64,000 nucleotides of DNA. It comes from Dehalococcoidia bacterium. GTDB lineage: Bacteria; Chloroflexota; Dehalococcoidia; GIF9; UBA5629. This document shows positions 18,938-28,446 of this stretch, piece after piece (the first letter of the stretch is position 1; the number at the start of each line of letters is the position of its first letter). The position numbers were made by a program, and so were the translations under genes. The notes under the pieces are model-generated. The model saw only the letters and a program-made list of their open reading frames with translations. It ran no database searches and was not told where the DNA came from. The DNA is taken from assembly GCA_050011565.1 (NCBI GenBank), contig JBEKIW010000001.1, positions 448,001-512,000 of the forward strand. The letters are read 5' to 3'.

Positions 18938-19768
18938 TTACCAGAGATTAGCTACGGCGGGTACGCTGGAGCGGTCACGCAGGTGTATGGCATCCTTGGT
19001 ACAGCTTGCCCGGCAAATGCCACAGCCATAGCACCGCCCTATATCAATAAAGACTCTTTTATTGCCAGCACTGTAGCCGATCGCCCCAAACGGGCAAACA
19101 CGCATACAAGCCCGGCAGCCATTGCATAATTCAGGGTTTAACTTAGCCACATACTCGGCGCGGAATAAAATGGGCATCCCTCTTATTACCGTGTTCTGTA
19201 TGGCGCCGCAATCCGACCGGTCACAATTACAGATACCAATAACAAAGGGGGTCATCATTGTCCAGACGGAATGGCAGAGACCTTCTTTCTCGTACTGACG
19301 AAAGCTATCCAGCGCCTCTTCTTTACTCACCTTTTCCAAGCCATCTGTCTCGGCGCCTGAGAGAAACCCCATACCGGGTCTGCTCACTGCTTTTTTCGCC
19401 TCGTCTTCCTGCGGTAGTGCGCTTATTCCATAGCAGAAACGCTTTTCTTTGACATGCCTCATTTTGCGGCAAAAACATGGCAAGCGTACCACATTGTTGA
19501 CGATGCCGAAGACTTGCTCAACATCCTCAATCGGCAGGACCTGGCCGAAATGCATATTCCTGACGCGCTCTGCGACACGAGGTTCCTGTATAGCTCTCAC
19601 CAAAAACGGTGCTTTCTTTAGTTCTGCCCATCTCTTTAAATCTTTGATCAGAATATTTATATCAAAAAGGCTGCGCCGCTTGAGATCGCTTTCCAAATCC
19701 TGCGCGTAATTCTTGGACTGTAAATACCATTTCTTGCCTTCTCCATGTTCATGACAGTATTTACACAT
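18938..19768 (-). CDS. 4Fe-4S dicluster ferredoxin-domain protein
   Basis: CNGCRACMRVCP and CYGCGICRASC, plus PCFCR and ICNCDRSDC. Confidence 0.88.
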   Translation of the reverse strand: MCKYCHEHGEGKKWYLQSKNYAQDLESDLKRRSLFDINILIKDLKRWAELKKAPFLVRAIQEPRVAERVRNMHFGQVLPIEDVEQVFGIVNNVVRLPCFCRKMRHVKEKRFCYGISALPQEDEAKKAVSRPGMGFLSGAETDGLEKVSKEEALDSFRQYEKEGLCHSVWTMMTPFVIGICNCDRSDCGAIQNTVIRGMPILFRAEYVAKLNPELCNGCRACMRVCPFGAIGYSAGNKRVFIDIGRCYGCGICRASCTKDAIHLRDRSSVPAVANLW

Positions 19769-19785
19769 AGCTTGCTTCCTTTCTT

Positions 19786-20817
19786 TTACTTATGCTTTCG
19801 TTCTGCGGTTGTAGTCGAGCGCCTATCTATGGGGTTGTTAAAGTGTTTTTTATTTACCATACCAGCCCAGTGTACAAACTCTAAGCCTTCACTTTTGGCA
19901 GTTTCAGCTAATCTTTCCATCGTTGCTTCTGTAATCAAGTCTACCTTAGCCAGTGGCCAATCACGGTCTAATCGGTGATATTTAGCAGCACAGAAATTGT
20001 TAAAAGCAAGCAAATCGTATCTCTCTGCGGTGGGGAGGTTATGTTTGATAAAATGCGCAATCTCCCTAATGTTCTCTTCCTGATCAGTATATCCAGGTAT
20101 AATTGGCGTTCGCACCCAAATAGACTTGCCTAATTTTGTTATCTCACGAGCGTTACTCAGAGCCGTCGCAAGCGGTATGCCTGTATATTTAAGATGGTTC
20201 TCCGCATTCATTATTTTAATATCGTAGAGAATAAGATTGGAAAGAGCAACTAACGGTTGCAATTTGCTCCATCTTATGCCTCCACAGGTATCGAATGCAA
20301 TTTGTATTTTCTCCAGTGACAGAGCCTTCATTACGGCTATTGAGAATTCAGGTTGCATTGATGGTTCGCCTCCGGACAAAGTGACTCCGCCGCCCGACTT
20401 TTCATAAAATACCTTATCGCGCAGGGCTATTTCGACTACTTCTTTTACCGTTCGACGCTGTCCGATCACCTCTAAGGCTCCTGCTGGGCAAGCTTTGACA
20501 CAGATTCCACAGAGGTCACAGGTTTCTCTATTTATATTCATGCCGTCGGGAGCAATAGTTAGGGCTGCTTTGGGACAAGCTTTTAGACAATCCTTGGCTC
20601 CGATGCAGCGAGTCTCGTACCACATTAGCTCTTTCGGCGATTTCATACCCTCGGGATTTTGACACCAGGGACAGCGCATAAAACAGCCCTTTAAGAAAAT
20701 TGTGGTACGAATGCCAGGGCCGTCTTCGGTGGAATGACGTTGAATGTTGAAAATTGTACCGGTAACATTGCCTCCCTCAGCCGGCACAATATCTTCCGCT
20801 CTGGCTTTAGCGATCAA
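19786..20817 (-). CDS. Glycyl-radical enzyme activating enzyme
   Basis: DGPGIRTTIFLKGCFMRCPWCQNPE, ferredoxin insert, GGGVTLSGGEP. Confidence 0.95.
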   Translation of the reverse strand: MIAKARAEDIVPAEGGNVTGTIFNIQRHSTEDGPGIRTTIFLKGCFMRCPWCQNPEGMKSPKELMWYETRCIGAKDCLKACPKAALTIAPDGMNINRETCDLCGICVKACPAGALEVIGQRRTVKEVVEIALRDKVFYEKSGGGVTLSGGEPSMQPEFSIAVMKALSLEKIQIAFDTCGGIRWSKLQPLVALSNLILYDIKIMNAENHLKYTGIPLATALSNAREITKLGKSIWVRTPIIPGYTDQEENIREIAHFIKHNLPTAERYDLLAFNNFCAAKYHRLDRDWPLAKVDLITEATMERLAETAKSEGLEFVHWAGMVNKKHFNNPIDRRSTTTAERKHK

Positions 20818-20843
20818 TACCTTTTTCCTGAAAGCCAGAACTA

Positions 20844-23285
20844 CTACACTTTGCTGAATTGAGTTCGGGCTATAATATCGTCCTGTAGTGACTTTGAGAG
20901 GTCTATGAAACGGAATGAATAGCCTGAAACCTTAACTGTCAGATCAGCATAGTTCTCGGGATGGATTTGAGCATCCTTTAAAATGTTTACGTCCACGGGG
21001 TTTATCTGTATCTGCCTTCCACCTAGTACAAAGTAAGCCTCCAGCATGGAAGCGAACTTGTCCAAGCCTTCATCCGTCTTGATTAAACCCGGTGAAAGGT
21101 TCATATTGAAGGTTGTACCGCAACTAAAACAGGCTTTGCAGGCTTTGGCAACGGAATGAAGCGCTGCTGTGGCTCCGTTGAGTTCGGTGCCGTTTACCGG
21201 AGACATGCCATTGGCTACCGCTGCTTTTGCCAACCTTCCGTCGGGTGAAGCCCCACAAAGAAATCCCTCGGTATCCTGCGTTCCGGCTGATATCATTAGA
21301 GGACGATAGTAGCCGCCCATTATTCCGGACTTATGCCTTCTAACCTCTCGAGCGTGAATCTGTGTAACCCACTCTGCAAGCTCATCAGCTCTGGGATCGT
21401 CATTCCCATACTTGGGGGCTTTACGAAGTAGCGTCTGCCTTATATTTTCGGCACCGGCAAAGTTGTTACGCAGGTGGTTGACCATCTCTTCCATGGTAAG
21501 CAGCTTCTCTTCAAAGACTGCCCAGCGGATGGCGCTAAGCGAGTTGACTACAGTGGCAAGTCCTTGTGCGCCTACATGGCTGTGACTGTAACGTGAACCG
21601 CCCTGAGAAATATCTCGACCGCTTTCCAGGCAACCTTCTATAGTGGATGAAAGCAGGGGAGAAGGAAAGTACTCGGCAATCAACTGGTCCTTGAGCTCTG
21701 CCTCTCTGACCACCGTGTCTATGAGATAGGAAAGTTGGCCTAGGAAAGCCTCCTTTACGTCTTCAAAGGTGGTGAAAGTACGAGGGTCGGGAGTTGAAGC
21801 TCCTACTTTCTTACCATCGCGCAACCTGTGGCCCTCATTCAAAGCTACCTCCAGGACCTGCGTTATAAAGACCCCGTTGCTTCCTGTGTAGCCGTTATTA
21901 TTACCCATACCTGTAGGCTCAGCACACCCGATGATGGAATAATTGCGGGCGTCTTCCAGTGAATAGCCATCTTCCAAAAGGTCCCTTATCACCACGTTGT
22001 CGTTGTAAAAGGCAACTCCGGCACCTACGCGGTATGTCTCGCACGCTCTCTTTAAGAAATCCCGTGGTGTCTTGGGTGAAATTCTTACAGCAAAGCTCTT
22101 GCGCAAGCCCCCCTTTAGGGCATCATTGGCATCGAGAAAGAGATACGACAGCTCGTTAGCGGCATCTTCGCCGTTTTGGTCAACACCACCGATGGTAACA
22201 TTGTTGGGACCGAACATTGTAAAGTACGACACCTTGATAAGATATTCTTCCAGAAGTTCCTGTGCTAATTCTCTAGTAATCGATTCCGTTTCCAGATCAT
22301 GGTAATAGTACGGATAAAGAAGCTGGTCGAGCCTCCCCGGTCCCTGGATAGCATCGTCACCGTAACTGATTATCAAGGCTACCTGGGTCATCCATACTGA
22401 CTGCAATGCTTCCATAAAGCTGCGTGGGGGATTGGCGGGCACATGTTTACAACGCTCGGCTATTTGTAAGAGTTCAGTCTTTCTTTGCCCCTCGGCCCTT
22501 CGGGCCATATTTTCGGCTAGGGCTACATATCTATTAGACAGGTCACATACCGCCTTGGCCGCAACCTGGACTGACTCGAGGAAATCTTTCCGTTGCAGGT
22601 AATCCTTGTCACTTTCCTTGAGGCTCTTTAGGGCCTTTCCCGCCCACTCGGATATACCTTTGAAACCGATGTTAAGCACTCGCTTGAGTCCAATGATAAT
22701 ATGACCTTGCATCTCAATAGAATGCGCTATTTCGGTCGTGTCCATATCGATTCCCCGTTTTTTCCACAGCGCAAGCTTCATGCTCTTGAGGTCTTTACCT
22801 ACCCAATAGGGAAGAATTTCTTCTTTTAATTCACGATATACTTCCTCCGGCATGTTATATATTTCTCGGTCGAACTCCTTGCTATGCCCTCCTACCGAGA
22901 GTAAAAATGGATCGACGTCATCCATTTTCTTTCCGCGGAGTAGTACTGCTAGCTGAATTGCGATATTCGTCAGATACCTCTCTATTCCCAATGAACCTGC
23001 AAAGTTTTTAGCAGTCTTTACACCAACAAGCAGTTCATCATCCTCAATCCTGATGGTCATATTTTGAAATGTTTCCTTCAATGCCTGTGCTGCACGCATA
23101 GCCGGTGGCGCACCCTCCATTTTCTTCCAGACCCTCGTGTAAAATCGTGCGCGCTCGAGGTCTATTTCCCAAGAACTGGAAAAAAGACGTTCTCTGAGCC
23201 TCATTATTCTGGCAGAGGCAGGCATTCTCTTATCTGTTGGCTGGGCAGTTGAGATACTCACAATTTCACTTCCTTTGATTGGCAT
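20844..23285 (-). CDS. Glycyl radical enzyme (PFL superfamily), substrate unknown
   Basis: Cys loop IIGCAEP, KYGNDD, ASPDGR, Gly loop TVKVSGYS. Confidence 0.93.
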   Translation of the reverse strand: MPIKGSEIVSISTAQPTDKRMPASARIMRLRERLFSSSWEIDLERARFYTRVWKKMEGAPPAMRAAQALKETFQNMTIRIEDDELLVGVKTAKNFAGSLGIERYLTNIAIQLAVLLRGKKMDDVDPFLLSVGGHSKEFDREIYNMPEEVYRELKEEILPYWVGKDLKSMKLALWKKRGIDMDTTEIAHSIEMQGHIIIGLKRVLNIGFKGISEWAGKALKSLKESDKDYLQRKDFLESVQVAAKAVCDLSNRYVALAENMARRAEGQRKTELLQIAERCKHVPANPPRSFMEALQSVWMTQVALIISYGDDAIQGPGRLDQLLYPYYYHDLETESITRELAQELLEEYLIKVSYFTMFGPNNVTIGGVDQNGEDAANELSYLFLDANDALKGGLRKSFAVRISPKTPRDFLKRACETYRVGAGVAFYNDNVVIRDLLEDGYSLEDARNYSIIGCAEPTGMGNNNGYTGSNGVFITQVLEVALNEGHRLRDGKKVGASTPDPRTFTTFEDVKEAFLGQLSYLIDTVVREAELKDQLIAEYFPSPLLSSTIEGCLESGRDISQGGSRYSHSHVGAQGLATVVNSLSAIRWAVFEEKLLTMEEMVNHLRNNFAGAENIRQTLLRKAPKYGNDDPRADELAEWVTQIHAREVRRHKSGIMGGYYRPLMISAGTQDTEGFLCGASPDGRLAKAAVANGMSPVNGTELNGATAALHSVAKACKACFSCGTTFNMNLSPGLIKTDEGLDKFASMLEAYFVLGGRQIQINPVDVNILKDAQIHPENYADLTVKVSGYSFRFIDLSKSLQDDIIARTQFSKV

Positions 23286-23339
23286 TCTATCAATTCTAAT
23301 CTACAATGTCACGTACACGCACTAAGATAAATTATCGGT

Positions 23340-23520
23340 CTACTTAGTTTTTTCTTCGTCCTGTAATACCCTGCGCAGCACCTTACCTACCATTGTCTTC
23401 GGCAGTTCCTGGCGGAACTCGAAGAATTGGGGAACTCTATAGCCTGTGAGCTTTTCCCGAGATAACTTTTGCAGCTCTTCCGGAATCGCCTTTTGTCCTT
23501 CTTTGAGCACTACCCACTGC
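23340..23520 (-). pseudogene. C-terminal fragment of an acyl-CoA ligase
   Basis: WVVLKEGQ...KLTGYRVPQFFEFRQELPKTMVGKVLRR; the rest of the gene is missing. Confidence 0.8.
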
Positions 23521-23681
23521 ATCAGCCAGGACGTCGAGTAACGTGATGTCAGGATATGGTTGCAACGTATGGGCACGCCGGGGTCATGGCTGTTAAACCA
23601 GGGATAATCCTGTATCTAATGGCTCCTTATCTATGATAGCTTCCGGCTAAAATTAATAGCCGGCGAATGTACTATACGTTT

Positions 23682-24386
23682 TTAAACTCCGAGATATGCT
23701 TTTTGTACCTCTTTGTTGTTAAGCAGGTCGGATGCCTTGCCCTGCAATGTCAGTTCGCCGTTTTCCATCATATATCCATATGAGGCGAGCATAAGCCCCA
23801 GTCGTGCGTTTTGCTCTACCAGGACTACGGTTGTTCCCTCGCGGTTAATCTCTTGTATTTTCTCAGCCAGTAGCTGGCTAAGTAATGGGCTGAGTCCCAA
23901 CGATGGCTCATCGAGTAATAGCACCTTCGGTTGCGCCATCAACCCACGAGAGATGGCAACCATCTGCTGCTGTCCACCGCTTAGGTCTTGAGCTCTGGTA
24001 TTGAGCTTATTCTTCAAATCAGGGAAGAGTGCCAGTACTTTCTCCAGCGATCTACGTACCGCTCCCCTGTCTTTTTGCAGGTAGGCTCCCATCTGAAGGT
24101 TTTGTTTGACCGTCAGTAGCGGGAACAGCTTTCTGCCTTCGGGTATCTGTATGATGCCCAGGGACGCTATTTTTGCGGGTGACAGGCCGTTTATCTTGTC
24201 CCCGTTATAATTAATCTCTCCCTCTCTAACCTTTACTACTCCGCTGATAGCATTGAGCGTGGATGTCTTGCCCGCCCCATTTGCTCCCAGGATAGTAATA
24301 AAGTCACCCTTATTCACAGATATTGACACATTTCTTACTGCTGCATTAGTCTGGTAGTAAACCCATATGTTTTTAAGCTCCAGCAT
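23682..24386 (-). CDS. livF: Branched-chain amino acid-type ABC transporter ATPase
   Basis: GANGAGKT, PEGRKLF, LSGGQQQM, LLDEPSLGLSP. Confidence 0.92.
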   Translation of the reverse strand: MLELKNIWVYYQTNAAVRNVSISVNKGDFITILGANGAGKTSTLNAISGVVKVREGEINYNGDKINGLSPAKIASLGIIQIPEGRKLFPLLTVKQNLQMGAYLQKDRGAVRRSLEKVLALFPDLKNKLNTRAQDLSGGQQQMVAISRGLMAQPKVLLLDEPSLGLSPLLSQLLAEKIQEINREGTTVVLVEQNARLGLMLASYGYMMENGELTLQGKASDLLNNKEVQKAYLGV

Positions 24387-24389
24387 GTC

Positions 24390-25163
24390 TTATACAGTCT
24401 CCGTGCCCAGGTAAGCTTCAATGACATCATGGTTTTTCATGACTTCTCTAGGTTTACCCTCGGCGATCTTGGTCCCGAAATTAAGGACAACCGCTCTGGT
24501 AGCCGCATCCAAAAGCACCTTCATATTGTGCTCGATTAATATCACGGTGATACCCCGCTCATTAATCTTCTTAATCTGATCGACCACAAATACGGCCTCA
24601 TTATGGTTCATACCGGTCGTCGGCTCATCGAGTAGGAGCACATTTGGGTTTGTCATCAGCGCCATGGCCATGCCAAAAATCCTTTGATGCCCGTGCGGAA
24701 GTCCGGCCGCCGGCATATTAGCTTCATTAGTAAGGTCGAGCAGCTTCAATGTCTCCAGTACTTCAGCTGCAATCTTTTTACGCCTCTCCTTGTAGGTCTT
24801 TGTCTCGAAGAAAGCCTGCCATTCATTCGTTTTATCTTGCAGGAACGAACCTATCAGCATGCTCTGCAATACCGTAGCTCTATGGAAGCACATGTTTGAC
24901 TGGAAGGTTCTGGCTATTCCTCTTGCAGTTACCTGGTCCGGCCGCAGCCCTGATATTTTTTTCCCTTCCAAATAAACTGTACCCCGGTTGGGTCTGTAAT
25001 AGCCGGAGATAACATTGATCAGCGTGGTCTTACCAGAGCCATTTGGTCCACAGATACCCAGCACCTCCCCCTCTTGCACACAGAGGTCAATATCTTCTAA
25101 GGCAGCCAGTTTGCCAAATAACTTTGTAACGCCCTTCAACTCTAATAGAGGCATTTTGTTCAA
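24390..25163 (-). CDS. livG: Branched-chain amino acid-type ABC transporter ATPase
   Basis: GPNGSGKTT, GIARTFQ, LLDEPTTGMN, IEHNM, VIEAYLG. Confidence 0.92.
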   Translation of the reverse strand: MNKMPLLELKGVTKLFGKLAALEDIDLCVQEGEVLGICGPNGSGKTTLINVISGYYRPNRGTVYLEGKKISGLRPDQVTARGIARTFQSNMCFHRATVLQSMLIGSFLQDKTNEWQAFFETKTYKERRKKIAAEVLETLKLLDLTNEANMPAAGLPHGHQRIFGMAMALMTNPNVLLLDEPTTGMNHNEAVFVVDQIKKINERGITVILIEHNMKVLLDAATRAVVLNFGTKIAEGKPREVMKNHDVIEAYLGTETV

Positions 25164-25171
25164 TTCCCTTT

Positions 25172-26185
25172 TTAGTGAGTGTTGTCTGTAGTAATCGGTT
25201 TCTCTTTATACACCTTGCTCCAGAATATCCTCCAGAGGTCAATGAGCCCGGTTCCCTTGGGCAGGAACAGAAGTACCAGCAAAACTATAGCGCCGAATAA
25301 CGTTGGTTTAATAGAATATACTGGCAGGCGGGACAGAATGTCACTTAAACTGTTCAATACAGCGGCACCTACGATTGGCCCCGCTACCAGAGAGCTAATA
25401 CCCCCCACGATACCCATCATCAGTGCCTGTATGGATTGCCACAATCCATACATGTCTGGAGACATTACTCCCAGAAAATGAGCATAGAAGGAACCGGCAA
25501 ACCCAGTGAACACCGCTGCCACGGTAAACGCAAGTACCTTGAACTTCGTTAGAGGTATACCTTGATGTTCGGCAAGTGTCGGGTTTACTGCTATAACGCG
25601 AAAGATGCCCCCAAGACGGCCACGGTCTATCTGCCAGAAGATTAGCGCCGTTATAGCCACGAGAATAACAATAAAATAATAATTGGGCACAGCGCTCGTA
25701 GCAAAATTTATCTCAAAATTCCCCAGCATTATGTGAGTTGGAGGCGTTATTACCAGCCCTTTGGAACCATTGGTTACAGGTTCCCACGATACGGCAATAA
25801 TTCTCATAATCTCGGCAAGAGCCAGCGTAATAATTGAGAAAGCTATGGGACCCGCTCTAACCGCGACCACACCCACAGCTAAAGCAACCAGACCTGCCAC
25901 AATACCCGCCATAAAGAATCCCGGCCAGAAAGGCAATCCAAATTTGACCATGAATACGGCAGAGGTATAGCCTCCCAGTCCCATAAATGTAGCTTGCCCC
26001 AGGCTAATTTGCCCCGTTCTCATGATTAGCATAAAGCCCATTGCTGCAATCGCCCAGAACCCGATTTGAACAAACTTGGACAATGTAACTAAACTCGTGG
26101 TGAAAACAGGCAGGATAAAAATCAGAGCAATCAGCAAGCCGACTACGATCTTTGGTAACAGTTTTCGATAATTTCCGAATTTCAT
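25172..26185 (-). CDS. livM: Branched-chain amino acid-type ABC permease
   Basis: GQISLGQATFMGLGGY, ITLALAE, multiple TM helices. Confidence 0.9.
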   Translation of the reverse strand: MKFGNYRKLLPKIVVGLLIALIFILPVFTTSLVTLSKFVQIGFWAIAAMGFMLIMRTGQISLGQATFMGLGGYTSAVFMVKFGLPFWPGFFMAGIVAGLVALAVGVVAVRAGPIAFSIITLALAEIMRIIAVSWEPVTNGSKGLVITPPTHIMLGNFEINFATSAVPNYYFIVILVAITALIFWQIDRGRLGGIFRVIAVNPTLAEHQGIPLTKFKVLAFTVAAVFTGFAGSFYAHFLGVMSPDMYGLWQSIQALMMGIVGGISSLVAGPIVGAAVLNSLSDILSRLPVYSIKPTLFGAIVLLVLLFLPKGTGLIDLWRIFWSKVYKEKPITTDNTH

Positions 26186-27051
26186 TATCTTCTAATCGGA
26201 ACTCCAAATAATCCCTGTGGTCTGACTATGAGTAGAGTAATTACAGTCAGAAATAGCGCCAGCTCTGAAATGTAGCCTAAATAATACGGTACGATGCTGC
26301 TAAACAAACCGAGTATCAGTCCGCCCACGATTGCCCCAGTAAGGCTACCGATGCCGCCGATGATGATGGCTAGTAGAGCCATTATCAGTGGCAGCCCCCC
26401 TATAAAAGGATTGACCCCGTATACTGGCGCCATGATGGCACCCGCCATCCCCGCCAACGCACAGCCGATACCCATGACGATGATCGAAAGCCGCCCTACG
26501 CTGACGCCATACAAGCTCGCCGCTCCTGGTTCCTGGGCTGCAGCTCTTATGGCCAGTCCAATCTTGGTAAAATTCAACACAACGTACATGGCTACCATAA
26601 TGACCAGAGTGAATATGACCACCGCAATCTTCTGATAGCTTACGCTGAATGAACCCAGGTCAAGTACGCCGGGGAGAGCATTATATAATCCCTTATCCTC
26701 GAGACCAAAGGCCATGCCGGCACCACCCTCGAAGAAAAAATTGAGCGCTACGGTTGCCGCGGTTACATACAACAGGCCTAAGCCCGGCACGTTTACTCGC
26801 TCAATAACGTACCTTCCCACCAGCATGCCCAATCCTCCTATAACGCCTCCCGATATCAATATGCTTATAGGGAAGGGTATGCCTGCTGCCGTGACGGCGT
26901 AGTAGACTACAAACGCACCCAGCATGTAGAACTGGCCGTGAGTCCAGTTTAAAATCCCCAGGATGCTGAACACCAGCACCATGCCGAATGCCATCGTCAT
27001 GTAGATGCAGCTCTGGACAAGTCCGTCAACCAAAATTCCAGCAGGAGGCAT
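26185..27051 (-). CDS. livH: Branched-chain amino acid-type ABC permease
   Basis: LNWTHGQFYMLGA, TKIGLAIRAAAQ, VRPQGLFG. Confidence 0.9.
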   Translation of the reverse strand: MPPAGILVDGLVQSCIYMTMAFGMVLVFSILGILNWTHGQFYMLGAFVVYYAVTAAGIPFPISILISGGVIGGLGMLVGRYVIERVNVPGLGLLYVTAATVALNFFFEGGAGMAFGLEDKGLYNALPGVLDLGSFSVSYQKIAVVIFTLVIMVAMYVVLNFTKIGLAIRAAAQEPGAASLYGVSVGRLSIIVMGIGCALAGMAGAIMAPVYGVNPFIGGLPLIMALLAIIIGGIGSLTGAIVGGLILGLFSSIVPYYLGYISELALFLTVITLLIVRPQGLFGVPIRR

Positions 27052-27073
27052 ACCAATTTTCCTTATTCAGTTA

Positions 27074-28324
27074 TTACGGGAGTGGAGGCAAATGATACTG
27101 AGAATAATATACCTCTTTGTCACCCTGAATTTGGCACTCTATGATGCCGGTCATCATTACCACAGGTGAGCCGTATGTCTGGGCACCACTGAATGCATAT
27201 TGACCGGTCGGCAGGTCGAAAGTGCCGCCGCGAATGACCTTCATGAGGGCATCGGTATCGTCCACAGTTCCGGCCTTCTGCATTGCCTGACTCAGTATAA
27301 ACAATTGAGTCGGTGTCCAAGGTATCCAGCCAGTGTAGGTAAACGAGCCGTTATGCTTATCCGCCAAGAGCCCCATCGTTTCCTGGAGCATGGCAATCTG
27401 GTCGGCGTTCAGCGGCCTATTTCTTGCCTCCCAGACTGCGCCCGATGATACTATCAAACCTTGAACAGCGTCATAGCCGGCTAGTTGGATCCAACGGGCT
27501 GGCGAAGTGATAGGGCCAGCGCAACAAATCCTCATGTCCTTGTAACCCATATCCCAGCGCTGTTTGACTATAGCCAGGGCAGCGGCAACATCCGAGGTAA
27601 AGATAAAATCGCAGCCCTCCTCTGCACACTTGGTTATGAAAGGAGCATAATTCGCTGTATTGGGTTGGGTGAACTGATGGAAATACCTTATTCCTTTTTC
27701 ATCCATCTGCTTATCCGCATTATCCCAGCCGATGCCTTTGTTAAGCACCGTATCAATAATGCCTATTTTCTTATAATTGGGGTTCACCTCGGCAATACCA
27801 AAGATATAAGCAACGACCACTTCATGGGCCGCGACGGGGAAAGCAACATAAGGCATTGTTTTAGGATCATATCCGCCGGGACCTGGGACGGCGTCAGCGC
27901 CGGTATGGCTGAAAAAGATGACCTTAGCCGGATTGGTTACGGCTTGTACAGCCTTGAAATTGGGTGTCCAGTGCCCGACGATAAATTTGCAGCCGTCCTC
28001 GTAGACGAGCTTCTTAGCCGCAGCCGAACCTCCTTCAGAGTTAGCCTGGTCATCAGCGGTAATTACGTTGAAGTTATATGTTTGATTGCTGACCTTGAAT
28101 CCTTGTCTATTGAACACCTGGAGAAAAGTGTCAACAGTCTCTTGCCCAAGCTGACCATAGCTTGCTGCAGGGCCACTCATAGCTGCACATACTCCTATGT
28201 TTATAGTGATTGGCCCTGTGGATACAGGTTCTGCAGGCGTCTTTGGTCCGCAGGCTGTGGCAATTAAGACGGACAGAATAAGCGTGGTCACTAAAATTGC
28301 TACAATATTGTACGACTTTTTCAT
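27074..28324 (-). CDS. ABC substrate-binding lipoprotein (LivK-like fold)
   Basis: Lipobox IATAC; INIGVCAAMSGPAASYG...ADDQ; operon position. Confidence 0.88.
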   Translation of the reverse strand: MKKSYNIVAILVTTLILSVLIATACGPKTPAEPVSTGPITINIGVCAAMSGPAASYGQLGQETVDTFLQVFNRQGFKVSNQTYNFNVITADDQANSEGGSAAAKKLVYEDGCKFIVGHWTPNFKAVQAVTNPAKVIFFSHTGADAVPGPGGYDPKTMPYVAFPVAAHEVVVAYIFGIAEVNPNYKKIGIIDTVLNKGIGWDNADKQMDEKGIRYFHQFTQPNTANYAPFITKCAEEGCDFIFTSDVAAALAIVKQRWDMGYKDMRICCAGPITSPARWIQLAGYDAVQGLIVSSGAVWEARNRPLNADQIAMLQETMGLLADKHNGSFTYTGWIPWTPTQLFILSQAMQKAGTVDDTDALMKVIRGGTFDLPTGQYAFSGAQTYGSPVVMMTGIIECQIQGDKEVYYSQYHLPPLP

Positions 28325-28446
28325 CGCTTCTTAGCCCCCCTTTCTTTTTCGTTTTTGTTCATGGTCCGTTGGTTAACTAAAGCCTTCCTTCACTACCGCA
28401 GGTGCCCTCCTTTCTCCGTTTGGCGGTATGGATACAGCCACCCTGC

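Noticed and set aside
20844-23285. Pyruvate formate-lyase or benzylsuccinate synthase call
   Set aside because: Lacks the PFL Cys-Cys pair, the BssA-type Cys loop and small subunits
27485-28267. 260-aa plus-strand ORF
   Set aside because: Antisense shadow of the substrate-binding protein gene, with no motifs; the same applies to the other short overlapping ORFs
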